Positions 1 to 11,908 of a DNA stretch of 64,000 nucleotides are shown here, piece after piece. Source of the DNA: Tubulanus polymorphus (taxonomy: Eukaryota; Animalia; Nemertea); the NCBI RefSeq assembly GCF_964204645.1, contig NC_134028.1:16995653-17059652 (forward strand), written 5' to 3'. Each line of letters starts with the position of its first letter. The first letter of the stretch is position 1. The position numbers and the translations under genes are program-made. Under the pieces are notes generated by a model. The model was not told the origin of the DNA. It did not search any database and worked only from the letters and a program-made list of their open reading frames with translations.

Positions 1-628
1 AAGTGGCTTTAATTATCATCACATGGATGTTGGCAACGATATCAAGTTTAGGGAGACGAGTTTGGAGAACTTTGTTTGTTGCTTATGACAACATGTGTCA
101 TCTTGATCCGATAAGAGCCTTGCGATGCTTGCCATTTGGTGACAAAAGAAAGCACATGTGGAATGACATGAACAAGGTTATTGATGAACTACATATAAAA
201 GTAAGTAGATATTACAATACTCCAACAGTCATTTGAATTAAATAGCAATTTAGTTAAACAATATTTCTAAAAACATCCAAGTTAAACAGTTCATTGTACC
301 CGACTCGCGTGGAGTCTACTGTGGAAAGATGTTCAGTCCCAAAAAAAATTATTTAAATATTCTATTCAACTTTCAGAATCACAAAACTGCCTCATGCAAG
401 GAAATTTATGGTACAGCCAAATTAAGAAAAGAAATACCTTTGGCAAATACTATGAGCTGCGAGCAGACTTTTGTTTGGCTCGGACGATTCAAAAAAATAC
501 TCTGCGCGATGCCAAAAGTACATCACCACTTTTTTCTACATCGGCTGATAAAGCGCAGGAATTCATATAACGAGAGGTGCTACAAAGCAGTCAGAAAACC
601 ACTGTTACCAAGTTCCAAAAAAAATTAA
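1..628 (+). CDS. KDZ (Kyakuja-Dileera-Zisupton)-type transposase, last two exons (5' part outside window)
   Basis: Exon to 200, GT-AG intron 201-376, exon 377-628 join as YDNMCHL...KVIDELHIK|NHKTASC...NTMSCEQTFVWLGRFKKIL...HHHFFLH. This matches the KDZ YDxxCxL, DxxHxxxH and NTxxxEQxFxWL motifs. Confidence 0.75.
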
Positions 629-844
629 TGAAATTCATGATCAAGAGTATATTCAATTGGGCTTAATTCAACTGTATAGCCATAATTCATTAGAATGCAC
701 GTTTGTTATAATAAACACTAGGTATAGAACCTACCATAATATGTTCAAAAATAAAAAAAACATCATTTGAAATTTTAAAACGTCTCTTGATTTTGTTTGT
801 AGTGGCTTTATTATGTTATCGCATTTCGAAATTTGATCTACTTA

Positions 845-1141
845 CAATTGGATTGATGCAGATGCTTGAATATGGATATTGTCTAGACAGTTTGTTTTTT
901 CTTTGAGATGTCATGTTATCTCGCCATAATTAGTGATTTCTGATTGGTACTAAGTGTTACCCACATTACAAAATTTGACCAAGTTAAATTTTGACCAAGA
1001 TATCAATTTGGTTAAATAAACAATTGTGATTGATGCAGATGCTTGAATAAGGATATTGTCTACACAGTTTGTTTCATTTTAGAAATTTCATGTTATATCG
1101 CCATAATTAGTGATTTCTGATTGGTGCTAAGTGCTAACCAC
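845..1141. repeat. Imperfect direct duplication (~120 bp x2) in the intergenic region
   Basis: ACAATTG..ATTGATGCAGATGCTTGAATA.GGATATTGTCTA..CGCCATAATTAGTGATTTCTGATTGGT occurs at ~845-961 and ~1020-1141. Confidence 0.85.
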
Positions 1142-1699
1142 TAATTAATTGGTCTTGCACCTGGTTCATTATCCCAATATGCAATCCCAAATGTAAGGTT
1201 TAAGTTGGGTATAAACGAGTGAATTTGTCAGCATTACAAACATACAACCTGCAAACACCGAACATGAAGTACCTATACGAATCGGATAACGCTCTCTACC
1301 TGAAAAATGGAAAAAGCAGTCTGCAGCTGACAAATCTTACGTTCGAAGTGTACGCTACTGCACAGGGGAAAATAACTTCCACCAATGGATTCATATTTGA
1401 AATCACACGAGATGATAAAGTCAAAAGGTAAGTTGATACACTTATTTTACGTATATAATTCTAAGCGGGTTTTTTATCATTAATATCAGATATAGTTAAT
1501 TTAATCAAAATTATGAAATATATGAATTAAAATTGACTATCTAGGTTAGTATCGATCCAACATTTTAATCAAAATTATGAAAAATATAAAAATATGAATT
1601 GAAATTGCTCTGACTTGAATTTTTTTAGAAATTTAAAATTTTCCTTTGAGCTTGGATTGCATAGATTAAATCAATATGAAAGTATACCTTAAATGAAAT

Positions 1700-3640
1700 C
1701 CATCCTGGCGATATTAAATTCTCAAATGAATTCTTAGAGTTGATAGAAATAATGGAAATAATGGACTTGAACAATATACCAATTGGTTATAATTTTTCTC
1801 TGCTCCATGTAAATATGAGGAGTTGTAACAAAAATTTTGAGCATTTTTACACCGCTTACAAATCTTTCAATTGTAAGTTTGATATTATTGGCTTTGGCGA
1901 AACATGGAACTCCGATTTAGAAGATAATTCATGTATGATATTCATGGTTTTACAAGTAAATTCCTAAGTAGAAAGTGCAAAGGAGGTGGAGGCGTTGCTC
2001 TATATATCAAGAATGATATTTCTTTTCATACTGATAACCAGTTAAATGTACAATTTGACAGTTTTGAACACCTTTTTATTGAACTATCTAATACTGTGTG
2101 TGTATTGGAGTGGTATATCACAGATTAGTATTTTTAAGAAATCATATGATGACTGTCTTTTTTGTTACAAATATTTTAAATTTATATAAACGTTATGTTA
2201 CTCAACGAACTCAATCGTCAAAAGCACGCTTCACCTCCTTCAGAAACTTGTATAATAGGCTTATCATCCAAGCAAAAAGAAATCATTTTATTCATAAATT
2301 TGATCGAGCCGGTAATAACAGTAAATACACTTGGAAAGTTATAAAAGAACAACTAAATAGAAATTCTGATAACAACAAATATCCAGATGATTTTAAAATC
2401 AATAATAAACTAATTTCAGATACCGATGTAATTGACAAATCTTTCAATGACTATTTCGTTAATGTTGGACCTAATCTAGCTAATTGATCAGAAAGTTTAA
2501 TCAATCAGAAAGTTTTGAAAAATTCATGAATCCTCAGCTTGATGATAATTTATTTCTAAATCCAATTCTACCTCACGAAATAGAATTAATTGTCAGAAAC
2601 TTGGAAAGTAATTATCATTAGTCATTTATTTGTACCACGTGACAGTAATTGACGGAGCAAAGCGATTTTATACGAGTTGCTTAAATAAAAACGCCTTTAG
2701 TCCTATACTTTTTCTTTTATATATTAATGACTGTATCAACAGTTCAAAATTGTTTCAGTTAATAATGTTTGCAGATGATACTAATGCCTTCATATTTCAC
2801 AAAGATTTAAAATCTCTACAATTTCTGGTCAATAGGGAATTATCAAATTTAGATCTGTGGTTTCAAGTTAATGGACTTGCGTTAAATTTGAAAAAAAACT
2901 CATTATATGGTTTTCAGTCGAGTAAAAAAGAAAAGTGAATTGAAAATATCTATATGTGGAATGAATATTGAAAGAGTTTGTAGTACAAATTTTTTTTTGG
3001 TGTTCAGATTGATGAAAATCTTAACTGGAAGGAAAATATAATACCTATTTCTAACAAGATCTCAAAAAACATTGGTATTATTCGAAGAATTTCATGTTTT
3101 ATTCCCTCACAACAATTGTTACAACTTTATTATAGTTTGATTCACCCATATCTTGATTACTGTAACATAATTTGGACAAGCACTTATCACACCTATCTTA
3201 ATAATTTGTTTTTACTACAAAAGAAAATTGTAAGAATTATTTCTAGAATGGGCTACTTAGATCATACTTCTCTACTGTTTAAATCCCTAAAAATATTGAA
3301 AGTATCTGATATGTCAAAATATTCAATTGGTCAGTTTTTGTATCTTTACTGCAATTCGAAACTACCCAATATTTTTATAAATTTCTTTAAAAGAAGTTAT
3401 GATTTACGTAACCGAAATTTACGTTCTGCGAACAAAATTGCTATCGGAAGATTAAATACTGTATTAAAATCACAATCTTTGAAAATTAAAGACCCAATAT
3501 TTGGAACAATCTAGATAAAACAACTCAAACTTCGAAATCATTAAACATTTTTAAAAGAAAATACAAAATATAAATCCATTTATTTATTTATTTATTCACT
3601 TATATTGAAATATCTATAATAAAGATGATGATGATGATGA
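1700..3640 (+). mobile_element. Degenerate, internally deleted CR1/L2-group LINE ORF2 in intron 1 of the helicase gene
   Basis: APE motifs (LLHVNMRS, DIIGFGETW, RKCKGGGGVALYIK), RT motifs (SPILFLLYIND, MFADDT), C-terminal YYSLIHPYLDYCNIIW, AATAAA plus (GAT)n tail at ~3619-3640; many frameshifts. Confidence 0.85.
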
Positions 3641-5689
3641 ATATATACTACATTGCAGGAAATGTTATGTACCATCAGAACTCAATACACCAACAGCATG
3701 GTTTACTGAAGTTTGCCACCAATTCCCTTATTTGGTGCTTCTGGCAGAAGGACAAAAATATTTTCGAAAATCGCTGTTTCAAAAGTGCAAGGTAATTTAT
3801 CAGTTCCAATTGAATTATAGTTCCAATGAATTATCATATTGCTTGAACTGATACTTATACGCGTTTTACAATGTACATTTTCAGAGTTTTTTGGCGATTA
3901 AGGATCATAGAGACATGGTACTAGTAGAGGTAATAGGGCAGCAGTCGGTCGAAGATGGTGAAAACCCTGTGTGGGTATTTGGGCCCAACTGCCAGCTCGA
4001 CCACACCGGTACACAGATTCTCGAAGATGAACAGAAATTGTTTTGGTTAAAGTAAGTTCATCGAATAAACAAATAATGAAAAAATTGTAATAATACTGAG
4101 AATAGAAAAAAATTCAAAACTCAATATTTTGAAAATGTATTTCAGTTCAGGAAGCAAATTCTACCGGCAACTGTCATGGACGGATGTTGTCCCAGGTGGA
4201 CTGAAGTCATTCCGTGCACTATGGAAGGTGGCACCAATTGGTCTTAATGGGTGCCATTTCTATTAACACTTGCTGCAGCAGCTACTGCACTGCACGCCAA
4301 ATTGTTCCACGAATATCATCGGGTGCAGCCATCATTCGTGGTATATTCTGAAAAAAGACTGGAACAGGTATATATGGAAAGTCAAATTTGATGCACTAGT
4401 TGTACAGACTACCTCATTTTATACTATGTTAGATTTATATGAACTTCTTCTTACAGGAAAAACAGTTGCAATGACGGCCGGCCTCTCGTTGTGTGGCAGT
4501 CGCCATAACATCTTTAACCATACTTCAAGTCAGGCGTTTGTCACCCAACAGGTTAAGCAAACCACTCTACCTGTAGGGTATGATGACTTGTCGTCAGTGA
4601 AGAGACAAGAGTCAATGACTGTCCAAGTCTTCAACGGGTTCGCCAGCGGGACAAAAGCCGACGGACGGAGTGACGTGAATGCTGGCCTAATGTTCACAAC
4701 AAACATTGAAACCGCTCAAACGCGCAGGTATTTGCTATATCAACTATTTGAAATAATTATGAATATAATAGAACAAATGAATTTCATGTCCTTTTTTTAC
4801 AGGAATTCAGATAGAACGGTGTTCATTCCATTTTTGGATTTAGCAGACATGGATGGAATATCAACCACCAAACTAAATCGTATTATATACAGCAATATAC
4901 AATCTATTGATATGATGGTATCACTGCATGACAAGATTAAGGGTGGCATCGAACGGATAGAGGAACTAGAAAAAATTGTCCTAGCTTCTCTAAAACTGAG
5001 ATCAAGAGTGTGTTTAAACTACGCACTCTTGCTTTTCGTAGCAGAAATGGTGATTATCGTGCATTTTTTATATTATCAAAATGACTTGAGTACACGTGAG
5101 ATGAGTCAATGAAACATTTGAATGTTTTTCTTATAGTTCTGTAGCAAGCTGAAGAAAATACAGTTTGATGAGGTTTTGAAATTTATGTCATCAATCTGGA
5201 TCGAAAAATTATCGACAATCTATAGCAGTGAATCTAACATTGATCACATAATTTTGAGAATTTTAGAGGACAACGAAGCCCAGGTGAGAATAATATGATC
5301 TGTAAAATGGCATAGAACTAAATTATTAAGTGCGAGAATTACATCAAGGTAATAGTTTCTCTTACAATGTTCACTATAATTTACTTTCAGTTGGAGACGA
5401 CTGTCAAAACAGTTGTTATTGGAGGTGTGCCCTCAGTGGCAATTAACTTGAATGACTGTGAGCTGTGCGATGACCCCATTGACCCCATATCATTAAAGAA
5501 ATTGGCAGAAAGTTTGGGTGGTTTTCGCAACCGCGTTGTGCAAATGGCAGGTATGCATGTGTATTACTTGTGGAATGAAAATAGTCAACAGTTGTCATAA
5601 AATGATATCGAGCCATGTATTTTACCAATAAATTATTATAATTATAGGGCCAAATGGAAAGAGAGTTGCTAAAAGGTGCATAACAGTTC

Positions 5690-8073
5690 CGGTTCCTGAA
5701 CTTCGCTGAAAAAGCTGAAACACTGAAAAGCTGAAACGCTGAAATAAAAACGCTGAAATTTCAGGGAATTTCCGAAAAACGCCGAAATTTCAGGGAATTC
5801 CCGAAAAACGCTGAAATCGTGCTAGGTACCGACAATACACGTTTTGAAATGATTTCCGGGCCGGTGTCCGCTGACGAGTCCTGAACCGTGTTTTATGCTC
5901 TACCTTCGGTTACAGAGACATGCCCGAAGGTCGTCGTCATGATCGACTTGATCGATTGCGGATTGCGTGGATTGTTAGATGTGTTTTTTGCCATAGTTTT
6001 ATGTGCATATACCGGTACGATCTAACAATGAAGTTATCACTTCATTTGAATAAATTCTTTATCACAGTAATATTAATTCACAATATTTTTTCTTATGTTT
6101 GGTGATTTCTTGCAACTTATCATTGCCAAGTCTCATACAAGTAGTAGCTGAAAGTACAGTTGAAAGTACAGTTGGGTTATCAGGCTGAACCTGATAACCC
6201 AAATTAAGTGCTAGCATGGAACTAATGATTATTTTGATTCTATTTTCGGTGTCATTGAAATTCGTTAATAAAGGTTCAACCGTCATAGTATACTGTACTT
6301 AGCATTGCTACAATTGGGTGCCATATTTCTACAATTTCTACAAGGAGGAAGGAATCTTTAAGTGTCTTTGTTCCCGGGTAGGGTACGGGGTAAAACCTGG
6401 TTTACTTTCTCTTTCGACTTGCCGGAGACTACTATCTGCAATGTATTGCATGCTTTGATGTGTCTGGCCTATAGGAGTCGAACGATATTTTTTTCCCATA
6501 CACAGGCATGGCTTTAGTGTAGATGAAGGCTAGGCACTGCACATTGTGGATTGACTGGAACTCTTAACTCACAAAATTAAACGAGTCAACAAGAAAGATC
6601 CAATAATTGGACATTTGTCTAACTATATTATTTAACAGCTTGAAATAATACATAACACATTCTGCAAGAGTATACAAAGGAAATCAGTTCTTACATTATA
6701 TCAGAATCAATAGTTCGCTTAAATAGAATTCTGGTTCCATTGCTTCATATTCTAATGAAATCCACTAGTATACCTTAGAATATCGCTTAGCTTAAGACTA
6801 AAAATTTGGTACCAGGAAACAGGGAAGAAAAGTGGGTGTACTGTACATCCGCAATTGACTTATTTCTCTCTGGTTGAATCAAGTTATAATTGAAATAGCA
6901 TTCGAATAGCCATTTTATTTTTAAAAATTGTGTCGTTCAGCTATCCTGCTGCAAATTTCGCAGTTGAAGTTTACTGGTGCCATCTGATTTCTCAGTATCT
7001 CAAAAAATTTGCACATTCTAAGCCTGAATCTAAAAATAGAAAAAGGTGCATTTTAGTCGGATATAAAAGAATAGTGGCTAATACACCCTGGACTATATAG
7101 CCTATGGGGTGGGCCTAGTTTGAAAGCACTGAGGTCCGAGAGAACAGCACTTAGTAAATAAATACTGAAATTAAACTTACAAAACACCCAGTACTTGAGA
7201 TGATGTACTTGACAAGAAGTGTCACCAGCTAAGCAAATCAACTTTGTCTATGACTCCTTTTATAGATTCAGTAGTAGTCTAAAAATAAGAATCGGTACAT
7301 TTTTCTAACAGTTGGTATGTCATTTCTTCAAAAAAACTAATTATTATCACGCCACAGCAAATAAATTATTCACAGTTGTTGAATGGTTAGCCCGATTTAG
7401 ATTAATTGGTTGATGCTAATCAGTATGACCCATACGTAGGGGCCTACTGCATGCCATTGGCGTCAATCCATTCCATTCCATTCCACAGTGAATTAAAAAG
7501 AAATTTAGTTAGATCCCTTTTGTCCAAAAGCTGCATCATTTATATAACTAGCTGTCAAATTTAATTTACCTCCTTCAGAGAATACCATAGTGACATAGTC
7601 CGTCGCCCATCAACGTGTTGACAAAAGAAAAGTTGCTCCATGTTTTATACATGAACGTTCAAATAAGATATTTTGCGTCTTGCAGGGAATATTGAGCATA
7701 GTGTTTAAGTTGGCTTGCACGGTTTGTGAATGGGTTTTCCTCATTATGCTGCCTGTATGCATTAAAAATCCGGATTTCAAGCGAATTAATTTGTCCAACA
7801 AGTGGCCCTCTAAAAGTATACTCCACACATACTGTCCATGCGTGTCTCTGTAACCGAAGGTAGAGACTAAAACACGGTTCAGGACTCGGCAGCGGACACC
7901 GGCCCGGAAAATATTTCAAAACGTGTATTGTTGGTACCTAGCACGATTTCAGCGTTTTTCGGGAATTCCCTGAAATTTCGGCGTTTTTCGGAAATTCCCT
8001 GAAATTTCAGCGTTTTTATTTCAGCGTTTCAGCGTTTCAGTGATTCAGCTTTTTCAGCGAAGTTCAGGAACCG
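5690..8073. mobile_element. Non-autonomous long-TIR DNA transposon (Mutator/foldback-like), 9-bp TSD TAACAGTTC
   Basis: ~231-bp TIRs (5690-5920 / 7843-8073) starting CGGTTCCTGAACTTCGCTGAAA with GCTGAAA subrepeats; TSD at 5681-5689 and 8074-8082; no transposase inside. Confidence 0.9.
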
Positions 8074-8249
8074 TAACAGTTCCATTCAATTCTTTAGCAG
8101 CAGCGACATTGCAAAAAATAAAATTGAAAACTGGAAGTAATGGTAGGTATATTATCATTACATCATCTGCATCATTCAATTTGATGGCGTGAATCTGACT
8201 CAGCATTTCCATTCCAGATATAAACCTCAATTCAGAACGTGTTTGCGAA

Positions 8250-8470
8250 TCTTCAAATGAATCGGAAACTGATGCATCACCCAAACTGCAATCAGATTCT
8301 TCAAACGACAGTGATTTGGAAACTGATGCAGCACCCGAACTGCAATCAGATTCTTCAAACGACAGTGATTCGGAAAATGATGCAGCACCCGAACTGCAAT
8401 CAGATTCTTCAAACGACAGTGATTCGGAAACTGATGTGGCACCTGAAATAGCACCCGAACTGCAATTACA
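8250..8470 (+). repeat. 51-bp coding tandem repeat (17-aa acidic unit, ETDAAPELQSDSSNDSD)
   Basis: About four copies of GAAACTGATGCAGCACCCGAACTGCAATCAGATTCTTCAAACGACAGTGAT in an exon of the helicase gene. Confidence 0.9.
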
Positions 8471-9389
8471 TTCTTTCACCGAAAGTGAATCGGATTCCGA
8501 GTCAGACCTTGAATCTGAAACTGAGGAATCAGTTTCCGAAATTAGTGAAAATGGTAAAAATCGTCTGTTTACTATTAACATTGAATACAAAATGAGTTAT
8601 GATTGAATTGATAATTACAATGAACCTTGGTTAATTCGTATTGCTTTGGATTGTCTTAATTGACATTGAATACAAAATGAGTAATGATTGAATTGATAAT
8701 TACAATGAACCTTGGTTGATTTGTATTACTTTGGATTGTCTTAATTGGTGGTTTTAGGTAGACAATTTAAATATCTGTAAACTACGTTTTATATTAGCCG
8801 GGGTTGTCTGAAAACAAGTATTATGAAGTATTATGAAGTTATATGTATGAAGTCATGTATGAAGTGGATTATACGACCGCGGTTAAATGTAGGGTAAATG
8901 ACTTTAATAAAGATTAGGCCAATTATTCTTTATCTTTTCTAGCTCCTTTGGTCAAAGGAATCAAAGACCTGCAAATCAGAAAAAAAATCGTGAAGGATAC
9001 TTGTCCTCAAGAACTATGCACCAGTTCAACCGGGAAAGGACAGTGGATAGCGTGTGATAAATGCGGCCAATGGTATCACAAAAAATGTGTGAAGTTATCT
9101 GTTTCTTTATACAGACATTTAATCGAAATCGATGAGAAATGGAACCAACCTGTTGAATTAGTAAAGATATTGAAATAAATCCAACCTGTTGAATTAGTAA
9201 AGATATTGAAATAAATCCTACATACCATTATTATTCAATCATTTGTTATTTGCTTATGATAATTATTCCTTGGATTCACTTGATGTCCATTAGTTTATGC
9301 AGCAGACTCACCGGCAGAAAGGTATTGCAGCTGTACAGCGGTTCTGTTACATAGTATAATCATAATTTTATAGTCTATGTAACATTAAA

Positions 9390-9980
9390 AGGATTTTACA
9401 TGGCGTAACAGATATTTCACTTTTAGTTACTGGGGTTTCACATGGTGTTACAGGGCGTTACAGCCTGTTACACCCTTGTTACAGGGTGTTACATAGCGTT
9501 ACACATATTTCACTTTCAGTTACAGGGGTTTCACATGGTGTTACAGGGCGTTACAGCCTGTTACACCCTTGTTACAGGGTGTTACATAGCGTTACACATA
9601 TTTCACTTTGACCAACAGGGGTTTCACAGATTTTTCACTTTTAGTTACACACATATTTCACTTATAGTTACAGGGGTTTCACATGGTGTTAAAGGGCGTT
9701 ACAGCCTGTTACACCCTTGTTAAAAGGTGTTACATAGCGCTACACATATTTCACTTTGACTAACAGGGGTTTCACAGATTTTTCATTTTAGTTACTAGTG
9801 TTTCATAGCGTTACAGGTGTTACAGGGTGTTACAAATATTCACTTACGTTTCACTATGAAGAACAGGGATTACACTCATATTTCACTTTTTCCACATTGA
9901 GATAAAAGGTTATATTTTTTTTATATGCAATATCAGGGGCTGACTGCCCATCATATATAATGTTACAAGTTACATGTAAC
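9390..9980. repeat. GTTACA-rich tandem/subterminal repeat block
   Basis: Many TGTTACA/GTTACAG motifs in 111-153-bp higher-order units; ends TGTTACAAGTTACATGTAAC. Confidence 0.85.
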
Positions 9981-10152
9981 TCGACTAAAAGCTAAGCATT
10001 TTGTGGTCCCATTCTAAGCCACTCATGCCTCCTGATGGTATGCTTGGGACCACCCTTTCTTGCATGATTCGGGTGGTATCTGAATGAATACAATTCTCAC
10101 AATTTAGTCTTGTCGTTGCAGCCAACTCATATTTTGAACTAGTTATCATTTC

Positions 10153-10333
10153 GAGAGGCGCAGTGGCCGAGTGGTTTAAGCCGCCGGTCACTGGTCTCGT
10201 CAATCCAGGGTTTATGGGTTCAAACCCTGGTGGCGACACTTCTCTGGTCTCTCCCCCATTGGGAAAAAGAAACATCGAACCCGCTTATAATGCCCTGCGC
10301 GGCGCTTAGCGGGTTGAGGGTGTTAATAAAAAA
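10153..10333 (+). mobile_element. tRNA-derived SINE, 8-bp TSD ATCATTTC
   Basis: A box TGGCCGAGTGG, B box GGTTCAAACCC, tRNA-unrelated body, AATAAAAAA tail; ATCATTTC at 10145-10152 and 10334-10341. Confidence 0.85.
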
Positions 10334-10345
10334 ATCATTTCTAGT

Positions 10346-11210
10346 ATGGACTGTATCGAGTTAGACCAGTTATCTAGCCTCCACGAGGTGACACAGACCC
10401 TTAAACGGCAGGTCTCGAAAGAAGTTTGTTCCACCCTTCACAGACAGGACAAGACCCTCGGCGAATTGAGAGCAAAGATGGGCAGACTTTATATCTCTGC
10501 CATAGAACAGTCGTTTGTGGAGGATCCTGGTCGCATAGTAACCGGTGCGGTAGTAACCGGTCTCAAGACGACAAAGACCCGACGTTTTCGGCCGAAGATG
10601 AGCGCGTTTGAGTACATCAGCCAGGAACTAGTGAACGCCCTGGCCGAATGTGGTGGCGACTCGTCACACATCTGGCCGAAACTTAAAGACTTGAAATAGA
10701 GGGCAGTCGAGGACCTACCAATCGTGTTGCTGGGAGACTCAATGTTTACGGGGCTAAAGGCCAGCGGCAGTCTGATTCCGTTTTGCCACCCTGGTGAACG
10801 ACTCGGTGATTTGTTGGAGTACCTCCCACATGTATCCTTTAGGGCAAGTGCGATTGTGGTCACGCATTGTATGAACCATGCCAGTGATTATGACAGGACG
10901 ACAGAGGAGTTTGCGGACGTTATGGCGCTACTCAAGGGCAAGCACCCTTGTCCCCCTTTTCCACCTACAGACCCCTGTCCCTCCTTGCTGGCGTGGTGAC
11001 CACAATCGGGTAAACAACATCAACCGGGTTAACGTCTTCGCCCTCCGTGCCGGGTTCCAACAGGCCGACCATCCAGATATCCCGGATTCTGATTTTGTGG
11101 GGATCCACTACAAAAAGTCAGTCATGCACTATGTCTGTCGGGAAATAATCCATGTGGTAGATCGCGTCCGTCGAATGTGTTTCCTTCGGTACCTAACGAT
11201 GGTTCACCTG
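10346..11210 (+). pseudogene. SGNH/GDSL hydrolase-like ORF (LINE ORF1-esterase type) with one stop and a frameshift
   Basis: Helical N-terminus, in-frame TAG at 10697, then block I VLLGDSMF, PGERL, block III-like THCMN and, after a frameshift, DFVGIH (DxxH-like). Confidence 0.55.
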
Positions 11211-11908
11211 GAGTCGCTTATTCTTTGTAATGATAGTGACAAAAAGCCATTCAGTCCAAATACTACCACGCGTGACCCCCCAGATGTAGCACACCCCATT
11301 GTGAACAGTTTCCGTTTTCTTTCGATTATATTTTTCAGCTTCCCAGGATGAGGAACAGTGGCAGAGGGGCAAGCCAAGTGCAGCGTCCATTGGCCGTATC
11401 TACCTTTTGATGGTATAGATATTTTTGGTTAGACGCTACACTTAGGTGCGCCCCGAAAACGAACCACAAACCATAAGTGGAGATCGAAAGCTGCATACAT
11501 CATAATCACTGAGATGCAACCCGAATGCGAAACAACGACTACTAGGGTAAGGTGTCGTGTTAGATATCTGCTGTATCCAGAGCCGAGAAGTTTGGAGCTT
11601 AATATTGTAAAATAAGGACTATCATTGTTTAAATTTGTGTAGATATTTTGACTATACATTCCTGTTCAAATAGGAGTTTGAACAAGTTGAAGGGGGGGGG
11701 GGGGTGATGTGATGGAATATGTCTTCCGCGAGGTGGCGCTATGTACATGTGTATAGTGTAACTCGCTCTGGGAAATATGGTAAAAAAGCAGTAAAATAAT
11801 ATGATTTCAACGACGTGATTTGGCAGCTTTTTCCCTTGATACGACTCCGCCAAGTAAATTCAAACAGTCGTGTCGATACGATTTAGAGATGAGAGAGGGA
11901 AATTCAAA

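Larger units (their letters stand above)
1264..9178 (+). pseudogene. Multi-exon DUF927/SF3-like P-loop helicase gene with acidic repeat region and C-terminal PHD finger (frameshifted, interrupted by insertions)
   Basis: GT-AG exons (approx.) 1264-1427, 3659-3791, 3884-4051, 4146-4367, 4457-4727, 4803-5049, 5138-5283, 5391-5550, 5648-5689+8083-8141, 8218-8553, 8943-9178. Motifs: VEVIGQQ..WVFG, Walker A (K)TGTGKT across a splice junction (needs one extra A), Walker B LPVGYDDL, VQVFNG, motif C LMFTTN; PHD WIACDKCGQWYHKKC. At least two frameshifts in 4146-4367. Confidence 0.65.

Noticed and set aside
4270-5112. Single 280-aa intronless protein as listed in the ORF track
   Set aside because: It reads through three short GT-AG introns; it is part of the spliced helicase gene.
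5871-5893. Hammerhead-like CTGACGAGTCC (also reversed near 45305)
   Set aside because: No stem II closure followed by GAAA; the matching TIR lacks the motif.
8571-9219. Short tandem duplications (82 bp in an intron; 37 bp truncating the PHD finger)
   Set aside because: Ordinary slippage and decay with no sign of function.
9442-9723. 93-aa ORF with an internal repeat
   Set aside because: By-product of the 111-bp GTTACA repeat unit.
10156-10240. Functional tRNA gene
   Set aside because: A and B boxes are present but the cloverleaf is poor, and it continues into a body, A-tail and TSD, so it is a SINE head.
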